A stretch of 64,000 nt of DNA from Deltaproteobacteria bacterium (GTDB taxonomy: Bacteria > Desulfobacterota > Syntrophia > Syntrophales > UBA8958), in assembly GCA_026388335.1 (NCBI GenBank), contig JAPLJZ010000236.1, positions 9,295-73,294 on the forward strand, written 5' to 3'. Below are positions 9,333 through 16,596 of this stretch, in pieces. The notes under the pieces are model-generated. The model saw only the letters and a list, made by a program, of their open reading frames with translations. It did no database searches and was not told the DNA's origin. How positions within the stretch are numbered: position 1 is the stretch's first letter; every line of letters starts with the position of its first letter. A program made the translations under genes and the position numbers.

Positions 9333-9785
9333 ATGACTGTCTTATTTCTCTGCACCGCCAATATCGTCAGGAGTTTCATGGCAGAGAGGATATTGAAGGG
9401 AAGATTGGCAAAGATCAAGAGAAGCGATGTGGCCGTTTGTTCCGCCGGAATGATCGACATGCAGGGCGCTGACGGCGATCCGGCAGCGATAAAAATGCTG
9501 GCGGAACACGGATATGATAGTCTTTCCCATGTTTCCAGATTAATCTCGGAAGGGATGCTGGGGGAAGCAGACTGGATTGTGGTGATGGAAAGCGCTCATC
9601 GTCAACAGCTTATCGGCGACTATCCTCAATATGAGGGAAAGATTCGCCTCCTGAAATCCTTTGCCAGAGATTACGATGGCGTCAACCAGGACATACGTGA
9701 CCCGTACCGGCAGTCGGTTTATAATTATCGACTCTGTTTTTCAGAAATTTACATGGCCATTGACGGAATGATGAAATGTATTTAG
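9333..9785 (+). CDS. Low-molecular-weight protein-tyrosine phosphatase
   Basis: 150 aa. N-terminal CX5R(S) P-loop (LFLCTANIVRSFMAE) and a C-terminal DP motif (DIRDPY). This is the expected partner of the Wzc-type tyrosine kinase at 19266. Confidence 0.8.
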   Translation: MTVLFLCTANIVRSFMAERILKGRLAKIKRSDVAVCSAGMIDMQGADGDPAAIKMLAEHGYDSLSHVSRLISEGMLGEADWIVVMESAHRQQLIGDYPQYEGKIRLLKSFARDYDGVNQDIRDPYRQSVYNYRLCFSEIYMAIDGMMKCI

Positions 9786-10570
9786 ATTATTGGAAAATCA
9801 ACAAGTATCCCTTTGAGAACGTCCCCGATCCGGACTTCATGTACTATTCTCCGGAACACGAAGAAGCCCTTGTCCGCCTGCTGTATGCCGTCAAAAGGAT
9901 GAAGGGCGCCGCGCTCCTGACCGGTGAAATCGGCAGCGGGAAAACAACCTTAAGCAGGGTCTTCATTCAACAGCTTCCCGAGAAGGAATTTGACATCGGT
10001 CTCATCACGAATCCCTCCCTGAACGCCCTGGATTTCATCAAAGAGGTTCATTACCAATTGGGGCTCGATTCCGATTCCAATTCCAAAACCGATCTGCTCG
10101 TTATTCTCAATAACCACTTGCTGGACAACATGAACAATGGAAGGAGCACCCTGTTGATTATTGACGAGGCCCAGCTCATTTTCGGTGAGACGTTTGAGGA
10201 GATCCGTCTCTTGTTGAACTTCCAGATGAACGACCGGTTCCTGATGACTTTCCTCCTCATTGGCCAGCCGGAATTGCGAGATATGATTCGCGAATATAAA
10301 CAGCTTGATCAACGCATCGCCATCAGGTATCACCTCAATCCGCTGACGAAGTCAGAAACGGCCAATTACATCCGTTTCCGCCTGAGCAAGACAGGTTGTG
10401 AGCGTGAGCTATTTACGGAAAAGGCTTATGATGCCATTTATCAATATTCCGGGGGTATACCACGGAAGATAAACAATGTTTGTGACTTATCGCTGTTGAT
10501 CGGCTTCAGCCTGAAATTCCAGGAAATTGATGAGCCACTGATTTTAAAGGTTGTCAGAGATTCCCTATAG
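9776..10570 (+). CDS. ExeA-like AAA ATPase (PEP-CTERM/exosortase-locus secretion ATPase type)
   Basis: 264 aa. N-terminus MYLDYWKINKYPFENVPDPDFMYYSPEHEEAL, Walker A GEIGSGKTT, Walker B LLIIDEAQ. Overlaps the phosphatase gene by 10 nt. Confidence 0.8.
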   Translation: MYLDYWKINKYPFENVPDPDFMYYSPEHEEALVRLLYAVKRMKGAALLTGEIGSGKTTLSRVFIQQLPEKEFDIGLITNPSLNALDFIKEVHYQLGLDSDSNSKTDLLVILNNHLLDNMNNGRSTLLIIDEAQLIFGETFEEIRLLLNFQMNDRFLMTFLLIGQPELRDMIREYKQLDQRIAIRYHLNPLTKSETANYIRFRLSKTGCERELFTEKAYDAIYQYSGGIPRKINNVCDLSLLIGFSLKFQEIDEPLILKVVRDSL

Positions 10571-10616
10571 TCTTTTCAGATTGACAGTCTCTCCCCCGCA
10601 ATCTATAATCCCCAAC

Positions 10617-10904
10617 ATGAACGAACATAATAAAAAGGGCGTGATTGCCAATCCCATGGTAATACTTCGGGAAGAATTCGACGACCGGGCAATCCTGTTC
10701 GATCCGGAAACGGGAAATACTTTCGGCGTCAACCCGATCGGCGTCCTCGTCTGGAAACACCTCGACGGTCGTCATTCCATTGATGATATTGCCGTAATTG
10801 TCTTCGAAAAGGCCGATGCGGTTCCTTCCGATGTGACCACTCACATCGAGAATTTTCTACAGGTCGCAGTCGATCTCGGGCTGGCCGGCTACGGGGTTAA
10901 ATAA
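10617..10904 (+). CDS. PqqD-family protein (RiPP recognition element-like), copy 1
   Basis: The likely start is ATG 10617 (MNEHNKKG...); the ORF is open from 10551. PqqD-type core: ILFDPETGNTFGVNPIGVLVWKHLDGRHSIDDIAVIV. Ends 8 nt before the radical SAM gene. Confidence 0.75.
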   Translation: MNEHNKKGVIANPMVILREEFDDRAILFDPETGNTFGVNPIGVLVWKHLDGRHSIDDIAVIVFEKADAVPSDVTTHIENFLQVAVDLGLAGYGVK

Positions 10905-10911
10905 GGATCTT

Positions 10912-12018
10912 ATGACTACGTCAGTGATGAAAACACCCCGCAATGTTGATATCGAGATTACAAGTTTTTGTAATCTCCGCTGTGCCTACTGCAGTCATTT
11001 TTCCGGCCCGGGAGATGTAAAAGAGGACCTCCCGCTGGAATCCTGGCTTCAGTTTTTCGCCGAATTGGGTCGCTGCAACACTATGAAAATAACCCTTTCC
11101 GGAGGGGAACCCTTCAGCCGCCCGGACCTCCGGGCCATTATTCAGGCTATCGTGGCCAATCGCATGCGTTTCACCATTCTCAGCAACGGCACCCTCATCG
11201 ATAATGAAATGGCCGCTTTCCTGTCCGCAACCGGTCGCTGCGATCTCGTGCAGGTCTCCATCGACGGGGCCATTGATACTACCCACGACGCCTTTCGGGG
11301 GGAAGGTAACTTTATGAAGGCAATTCATGGTATCCATGCCCTGCAGGCCAACCATTTGCCCGTATCGGTCCGCGTTACCATCCACCGGAAAAATGTTCGC
11401 GAACTTGACGCCATTGCCGGATTTCTCCTGGAGGACCTTGGCCTGCCGTCTTTTTCTACCAATTCGGCCTCTCACATGGGATTATGCCGGAAAAACGCCG
11501 CCCAAACGCAACTTACCGTTGACGAGCACTCACTGGCCATGGAAACCCTGCTTGCCCTTACGGCCAGGTATAAAGGACGGATTAATGCATCGGCCGGCCC
11601 ACTGGCGGATGCGCAGTTCTGGCTGGAGATGGAAAATTCCCGGCGGGAAAACCGGGAACGACCAGCGGGTCGCGGATTTCTTACGGGATGCAGCGGTCCC
11701 ATGCAGACCATTGCTGTCCGCGCTGACGGCGTCATTGTCCCCTGCTCACAGTTGTGCCATCTGAGCCTGGGCCGGATCAACCAGGATGATCTTGGCGAGA
11801 TCTGGCGGCACCATCCGGAGCTGCAAAGCCTGAGGAAGCGCTCCCGGTTATCACTTGAGGATTTTCCCTTTTGCCGGGATTGCCCCTATACCTCCTATTG
11901 TACCGGTAACTGTCCGGCAATTGCCTATAGCCTCACCGGCGAAATTGATCATCCCTCTCCCGATGCCTGTCTCCGGCAATTCTTAACACAGGGCGGCCGA
12001 CTTCCGGAGGTAGCGTAA
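10912..12018 (+). CDS. Radical SAM/SPASM-domain peptide-maturase-like enzyme, copy 1
   Basis: 368 aa. CX3CX2C cluster (FCNLRCAYCSH), SAM-binding GGEP (LSGGEPF), and a C-terminal Cys-rich SPASM region (GCSGPMQTIAVRADGVIVPC ... FCRDCPYTSYCTGNCPA). Confidence 0.9.
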   Translation: MTTSVMKTPRNVDIEITSFCNLRCAYCSHFSGPGDVKEDLPLESWLQFFAELGRCNTMKITLSGGEPFSRPDLRAIIQAIVANRMRFTILSNGTLIDNEMAAFLSATGRCDLVQVSIDGAIDTTHDAFRGEGNFMKAIHGIHALQANHLPVSVRVTIHRKNVRELDAIAGFLLEDLGLPSFSTNSASHMGLCRKNAAQTQLTVDEHSLAMETLLALTARYKGRINASAGPLADAQFWLEMENSRRENRERPAGRGFLTGCSGPMQTIAVRADGVIVPCSQLCHLSLGRINQDDLGEIWRHHPELQSLRKRSRLSLEDFPFCRDCPYTSYCTGNCPAIAYSLTGEIDHPSPDACLRQFLTQGGRLPEVA

Positions 12019-12119
12019 ATTTTAGGTTAGGGGTTATAAACATCTTGACCTGCAAATCGCCATAAGGTATCGTTTCAATGTATAGATGTCATGGATTCGT
12101 TATGAAAGGAGGGGCAACT

Positions 12120-12518
12120 ATGGACATCCAGAGAAGGTCTCTTTTCAAGATTGCGGCGGGAGGGGCGCTGCTCGTCACGGGCGGTTCTTTCTTAGCGAAG
12201 GAAAACAGTTTTATGTGGAACCTGTGGCATCAGCTTCGTTATCGCGTCACGATTAATGCGGCGCCGGCGAGAAATCCAGACATTATATCTAAAAGACAAG
12301 GTCAGGAAACGGTTCTTTATTCCCAGTCACAGCAGACGGATCTCCTTAAGCTCAATCCCATGGCCGGGCGCATCTGGGAGATGTGTGACGGCTCACACCG
12401 GGTGGGTGATATGATTCGCAGCATCGGCAATCGTTTTGATGTCGTGACCTCCGAATGCACCCGGGATGTCCTGTTCACCGTTGCAAACCTCCAGCAGCGA
12501 GGATTGCTCCGCATCTAA
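12120..12518 (+). CDS. PqqD-family protein with N-terminal twin-arginine (Tat)-type signal, copy 2
   Basis: ATG 12120 lies 5-6 nt after AAAGGAGGGG (12105-12114). N-terminus MDIQRRSLFKIAAGGALLVTGGSFLAKE (RR-x-L-F-K plus a hydrophobic region). The C-terminal half is PqqD-like: LLKLNPMAGRIWEMCDGSHRVGDMIRSIGNRF. Confidence 0.7.
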   Translation: MDIQRRSLFKIAAGGALLVTGGSFLAKENSFMWNLWHQLRYRVTINAAPARNPDIISKRQGQETVLYSQSQQTDLLKLNPMAGRIWEMCDGSHRVGDMIRSIGNRFDVVTSECTRDVLFTVANLQQRGLLRI

Positions 12519-12529
12519 AGGGAGGATAT

Positions 12530-12913
12530 ATGGAAGGGGACTTTAAATCGAGATTCAAACTTCCCTATGAGCCGCCGCAGATCTTTGACCTCTGGACCTC
12601 AACGGCCCATGCCCAGGATGCGGCGGCCAAGCAGTGTAAAACCGGCTCCTCGGTAAGTAAGCAATGCATGACCGGTGGTTCCCCGGGGCAACAGTGCATG
12701 TCCGGAGGGACGGCATACGGCGGTAAATGCCAAAGCGGCAGCGTAGCTACGGGAGAATGCGACCACGGGAGTTCAGCCCAATCGGGAAAATGCCAGTCAG
12801 GAAGCGTCCCTACGGGACAATGCAGGTCAGGAAGCGCCGCAGCAGGCGGGAAGTGTGACTCAGGCAGCGCCGCTGGAGGTGGTTGCACGTCAGGCAGTGC
12901 AGGGAAAAACTAA
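12530..12913 (+). CDS. Candidate RiPP precursor: 127-aa peptide with 33-aa leader and nine Cys-x-[ST]-G-[SG] repeats
   Basis: ATG 12530 lies 4 nt after GGAGG (12521-12525) and 11 nt after the upstream stop. Cys residues sit at positions 36, 46, 56, 67, 77, 88, 98, 109 and 119. The core is Gly/Ser/Ala-rich with no signal peptide. It is the last gene of the PqqD/rSAM operon. The longer ORF start at 12455 overlaps the upstream gene and lacks an RBS. Confidence 0.65.
   Translation: MEGDFKSRFKLPYEPPQIFDLWTSTAHAQDAAAKQCKTGSSVSKQCMTGGSPGQQCMSGGTAYGGKCQSGSVATGECDHGSSAQSGKCQSGSVPTGQCRSGSAAAGGKCDSGSAAGGGCTSGSAGKN
12629..12910 (+). repeat. In-frame tandem coding repeats (nine 30-33-nt Cys-centred units; last 189 nt = three 63-nt super-repeats)
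   Basis: The periodicity is visible in both the DNA and the protein. For example, aaatgccaaagcggcagcgtagctacggga (12725-) compares with aaatgccagtcaggaagcgtccctacggga (12788-). The 21-aa units are GKCQSGSVATGECDHGSSAQS / GKCQSGSVPTGQCRSGSAAAG / GKCDSGSAAGGGCTSGSAGKN. Confidence 0.8.
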
Positions 12914-12916
12914 TTA

Positions 12917-12940
12917 GTGGGGCATAACCCCGTTTTATTT
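12917..12940 (+). terminator. Weak hairpin + T-rich tract after the precursor gene
   Basis: GGGG(12919-12922)-CATAA-CCCC(12928-12931) is followed by GTTTTATTT. The stem is only 4 GC pairs (6 with wobbles). The T-tract overlaps the stop of the convergent gene at 12935. Confidence 0.3.
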
Positions 12941-13855
12941 CGCCACGACAAGCTCCCAGAAACCGGGATCCTTCCGGAAAAACAGATCATAGGCCGCAGT
13001 CATTTCACAAACGTCACGGCAAAGATAAAAGGCCTGCCTCTTCAAGGGTTCCCCCATCACCTCAAAACAATGAAGGTGCTCCTTTAATAATTCCGTGAAG
13101 GCGTTTCGCTGCTCCCGAGACTGAATGGAGGTCATTGCCGACTGATGGAGAAAGAGCAATTTGTCCAGTTTTTCCTGCTGCAGGTACAACCGTTTGGGGG
13201 ACGGTTGGTCGCCCCCCACCTGCCTGAACGGGGTGGCATGGATATGACAGGCATCTCCGGCGTCTTCGATTACTGTTGCATCATCGGATAAGACAATATC
13301 GCCGGAAGACAAGGCGGCGACAGTTGATTTACCTGTCCCCGAGGTTCCAAGAAACAGGTATCCTCCCCTTCCCTTTCTCTTTTTGATGCCTGCGCCATGA
13401 ACCATGAGCCTGCCTCTGTTTACCATCACCAGGCAGGTAAAGACAAAAAGCAGCTTCAGCAGGGTCCCCACGAAATGGTTCGCCTCATCTGAGCAGAAAA
13501 TGTAGATCAATCCCCGGTTGGTACGATCATCAAAGATTAGGCAACCGTTCAAAAATCCAATGGCTTCAGAATAATTCTTCAGGGAAGAAAAGGTGATTTT
13601 GTCAATCCGGGCAAAGATCGCTTCGTTTATATTGGAATCTTCGCGGCGGATGAGATGGGGTTCACTGTCAAAGCGTTGCAGGTAAGTTAGTTCATGATCG
13701 AAATGGACAAGACAGACGGCGTCAGGGGTTTTTTTTTTGCTGATCAGAAAACCCGACAACAGGCCCGGTAGTTCGTCGAAGAGATATTCCGCCGCCGCTC
13801 CGTGGGAAATAAAGTCAAAGTTGACCCCGGCAATCGAAAACCACGCTTCCTTCAT
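12935..13855 (-). CDS. HPr-kinase-like P-loop protein (putative peptide Ser kinase)
   Basis: 306 aa. ...LMVHGAGIKKRKGRGGYLFLGTSGTGKSTVAAL...IVLSDDATVI matches the HPr kinase/phosphorylase C-terminal catalytic core (H-x-x-x-V, GxSGxGKS, LxxDD). The start overlaps the HD-GYP stop (ATGA). Confidence 0.65.
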   Translation of the reverse strand: MKEAWFSIAGVNFDFISHGAAAEYLFDELPGLLSGFLISKKKTPDAVCLVHFDHELTYLQRFDSEPHLIRREDSNINEAIFARIDKITFSSLKNYSEAIGFLNGCLIFDDRTNRGLIYIFCSDEANHFVGTLLKLLFVFTCLVMVNRGRLMVHGAGIKKRKGRGGYLFLGTSGTGKSTVAALSSGDIVLSDDATVIEDAGDACHIHATPFRQVGGDQPSPKRLYLQQEKLDKLLFLHQSAMTSIQSREQRNAFTELLKEHLHCFEVMGEPLKRQAFYLCRDVCEMTAAYDLFFRKDPGFWELVVAK

Positions 13856-15093
13856 GAAGCGGGCAGGTCCTCGACGGAGACACTGTCTTCAATATTCAAC
13901 ACCGGATGACTCCGCAGGTCGACCATTCGGGGCGGATCCAATTTTATCCCCTTTTCGTCAAAGATCAGATTGACCACCGGCTTCATCGGATTAGTCTTGT
14001 TCGTCGCGACAACCCGGCCGATATTACGGTTATTCAGCCGGACATAACTGCCGATAGGATACATGGAGATCTCATCTAAAAACATCTTGGTGATCCGGGG
14101 TTCAAATAGATTTGCCCTGGAACCAATCAGTTCCTTGATCGAGTCGGACTGCAATAGGGGCTTCTTATGGGGGCGGTGATGGGTCATGGCCTCATAGGAA
14201 TCACAAATGCCGATAATCTGGGCATAGTCGCATATTTCGTCTCCCTTCAGCCCCCGGGGATAGCCCTGCCCATTTGCCCGCTCCTGGTGTTCATAGACGG
14301 CCCTGATCATCTTCGGGTATCTCGCCGCAAAAGGCGCCATTATCTCAACCGCGAATTCCGGATGACTCTTGATAAGATCCATTTCACTATCTGACGGTCT
14401 CCCCGCCTTGTTCAAGATATTATCCGGGATCCTGAACATTCCGATATCATGAAGCAGGGCCGCCAGTCCGAATTCGATGAGTTTCGATTCTGAGTATCCC
14501 ATCCGTTGGGCAACCTTCAATCCATAAACCAGGGTATTGATAGGAGAAGAAAGATAATAATCGTCTTCCTGTTCATAATCCACGGTCAACTGGTAGATTT
14601 GCGATGTCATATCGTGGGAGGAATGGAGGACATTATTTATATAGATCAGCGCCGGTTCAAGCTGAAAGGACTCCCCTTTTCTGACCTGGTTACGGACGTG
14701 ACCCATATATTGTTTCGCCGCCACATAAATCATTCTTATTCTGTCATCTTCACCCGGCTCTTCCGTAGCTTCCGCAATTGGTTGATCATCCTGCCTCTCT
14801 GAAGGCGTTTGCGTCGCTGTCGCCATTGGCAATTCAGGGGCGGCCGTCTCTATCGCCAGCGATGCTTGCGTGGTTTCGATAACATTCGTCTCCTCGATCT
14901 CGATATCAATGGGGATCTCTTGCTGATTTCCAGATTTCAGTTTAAGAATGTCAATTTCACTCAACCGTAAAGACAGGCGTGCTTCTGCCAGAGCTGCCTC
15001 GTCAGTCTCCGTCTGTTCTGCCGATTCGTCCTGCGGTTCAACATTCGTGAGACTCTTTTTTTTACCCATAACAAGATCGTAAGCACGTGCCAT
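13852..15093 (-). CDS. HD-GYP domain protein (c-di-GMP phosphodiesterase type) with acidic low-complexity N-terminus
   Basis: 413 aa. LLHDIGMF (HD) and EHQERANGQGYPRGL (HD-GYP signature). The N-terminal ~130 aa is rich in E/T/A/D. Confidence 0.85.
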   Translation of the reverse strand: MARAYDLVMGKKKSLTNVEPQDESAEQTETDEAALAEARLSLRLSEIDILKLKSGNQQEIPIDIEIEETNVIETTQASLAIETAAPELPMATATQTPSERQDDQPIAEATEEPGEDDRIRMIYVAAKQYMGHVRNQVRKGESFQLEPALIYINNVLHSSHDMTSQIYQLTVDYEQEDDYYLSSPINTLVYGLKVAQRMGYSESKLIEFGLAALLHDIGMFRIPDNILNKAGRPSDSEMDLIKSHPEFAVEIMAPFAARYPKMIRAVYEHQERANGQGYPRGLKGDEICDYAQIIGICDSYEAMTHHRPHKKPLLQSDSIKELIGSRANLFEPRITKMFLDEISMYPIGSYVRLNNRNIGRVVATNKTNPMKPVVNLIFDEKGIKLDPPRMVDLRSHPVLNIEDSVSVEDLPAS

Positions 15094-15113
15094 GATTCAA
15101 TTCACCCCAAATA

Positions 15114-16193
15114 TTAATTATAGATGCGCGAGGCTGGAAACAGGTTTTTCTCGTAAGCCTCGTCACACATAAAAAAAGAGCTTCTCAGATCACCGGAAGC
15201 GGCATAGGCACAGGCCCGGCAGGAACCGAGGCAACGAAATTTAAATATGCACCGTCCGCAGATCCCGCTGAGTTGCGAAGGCGTTTCTTTTCTTAGCTTT
15301 TGCAGCAGCGGATGATGACGCCAGATTTCCGTTAGATCATCCTTCGCGATGTTTCCCATATTAAGGTCCGTTTCCGTCTGCCCGATCCCGCATAAAGATA
15401 CCGTACCATCGGCAAGAATTCCTAAAATATTGAGGATATGGCATTCGTACAGAGGATTGCCGGTGACGGCATGCAGGGATTTCAACCCGATGGGCATACA
15501 GAAGTAAATCTCCGTTTTATATTTACTGCCGAGTTCCGCTTCGATCCAGCGATCAATTCTGATCAGTTCTTCAATATCCACGTTTTCCCGGCGCTGAAAG
15601 ACCTTTTCCCCACGGCCCGTGGGCATGACGGGATTGATCTTGAAGGAGGGAACCTCAAGATCGTCGCAGAGGGCCGCCAGAGCTTCAATCTCCGGAATGT
15701 TTTCCTCATAGAGGCTCATAATGACCTGGGTGTTTATCTTCTCAGCCCGCAGGTAATGCAGGGCGGCAACGGATTTCTCATGACAACCCTTTATTCCCCG
15801 GAGCTTGTCATGCTGCGCCGCCTGCGCACCGTCCAGACTGACAGATACCTGGCGGACCTCACATTCTTTGATGACCCTTGCCATATCATTGTCAATCATG
15901 GTCCCATTCGATTCGATATCGATGCAGAGACCTTCTCCGTGGAGATATCTCATCAGTTCGACAATATCCTTGCGGAGAAACGGTTCACCTCCGGTAAGTT
16001 TGACTGTCCCCAAGCCCAACTCTTTCGCCGCAGCAATGGTTCTCGTAAGGACGGACAGTTCCATCACCTGCTCATCTCCATCCTCCGGAGCAGGGGGGGA
16101 CACCCAGCAGTGCCTGCACCTGAGATTGCAACGCTCGGAAAGGTACAAATACAGGCTCGTCAGGGGAAATTCATCAGGAACCATGGCTCTCAC
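15114..16193 (-). CDS. Radical SAM/SPASM-domain peptide-maturase-like enzyme, copy 2
   Basis: 359 aa from GTG 16193 (alternative ATG 16184). CX3CX2C (RCNLRCRHC), LTGGEPF, and SPASM Cys clusters (ECHILNILGILADGTVSLC ... ICGRCIFKFRCLGSCRACA). Shares strings with copy 1 (EIWRHHPLLQKLRK versus EIWRHHPELQSLRK). Confidence 0.9.
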   Translation of the reverse strand: MRAMVPDEFPLTSLYLYLSERCNLRCRHCWVSPPAPEDGDEQVMELSVLTRTIAAAKELGLGTVKLTGGEPFLRKDIVELMRYLHGEGLCIDIESNGTMIDNDMARVIKECEVRQVSVSLDGAQAAQHDKLRGIKGCHEKSVAALHYLRAEKINTQVIMSLYEENIPEIEALAALCDDLEVPSFKINPVMPTGRGEKVFQRRENVDIEELIRIDRWIEAELGSKYKTEIYFCMPIGLKSLHAVTGNPLYECHILNILGILADGTVSLCGIGQTETDLNMGNIAKDDLTEIWRHHPLLQKLRKETPSQLSGICGRCIFKFRCLGSCRACAYAASGDLRSSFFMCDEAYEKNLFPASRIYN

Positions 16194-16485
16194 ATTTTGT
16201 CAAAAACTGCATTGCCGCCAGGTTTTCAAAAAAAAGTTTCGTATCTGCTGCTATTTTCTCAACGGCCATTTCGGGATAGAATTCCATCAAAAGAGTGATG
16301 ATATCGCCCACTGTTTTCCGGCCGTCGCACAGTTCATAGATATTGACGCCGTTGGCATTCAGGTACTTCAGATTGCCGGTATGGGGGTCAAAAAGGAAGG
16401 CCCCCTCTTCCTCTTTTCTGAAGACCATCTCCTGATTCGGTTTCAGGCAATCTTCCCTGGTGACAATTTTCGTACCATCAGGCAT
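16174..16485 (-). CDS. PqqD-family protein, copy 3
   Basis: The preferred start is ATG 16485 (MPDGTKIV...), preceded by GAGAGGTG; the ORF is open to 16524/16527. Core: FLFDPHTGNLKYLNANGVNIYELCDGRKTVGDIITLL. The 3' end overlaps the downstream rSAM start. Confidence 0.75.
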   Translation of the reverse strand: MPDGTKIVTREDCLKPNQEMVFRKEEEGAFLFDPHTGNLKYLNANGVNIYELCDGRKTVGDIITLLMEFYPEMAVEKIAADTKLFFENLAAMQFLTKCESHGS

Positions 16486-16596
16486 AATACTACACCTCTC
16501 AGCTCTAACTACTTCTTTTTTCATCAAGAATCAATAATGAATTTTAAAATATTTAGTTCCTTTTTTTCCCCGCCCCTGTTATCGTATCCTTCAATG
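16486..16596. promoter_or_regulatory. AT-rich probable divergent promoter region
   Basis: This region is visibly AT-rich (tcaagaatcaataatgaattttaaaatatttagttcctttttttcc). It lies between the best-supported start of the minus-strand PqqD gene and the second candidate start of the plus-strand nucleotidyltransferase-like gene. No specific boxes assigned. Confidence 0.3.

Noticed and set aside
12565-12888. 107-aa minus-strand ORF opposite the Cys-repeat peptide
   Set aside because: It is open only because the GC-rich tandem repeat lacks stops in several frames. It has no RBS, would collide with the plus-strand operon, and gives a Pro/His/Trp-rich nonsense-like product. It is still a caveat for strand assignment of the peptide gene.
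12629-12910. Periodic ~30-33-nt repeats, considered as a possible CRISPR array or non-coding VNTR
   Set aside because: The units are contiguous with no spacer/repeat alternation. They are degenerate at third-codon positions and maintain one reading frame with conserved Cys/Gly/Ser codons, so they are coding repeats.
15438-16298. 286-aa plus-strand ORF
   Set aside because: It is antisense to radical SAM/SPASM copy 2. This is a shadow ORF.
16525-16536. Literal back-to-back divergent start codons 12 nt apart
   Set aside because: The internal starts (16485 with a good RBS, and possibly 16597) leave an AT-rich ~110-nt spacer that looks like a normal divergent promoter region.
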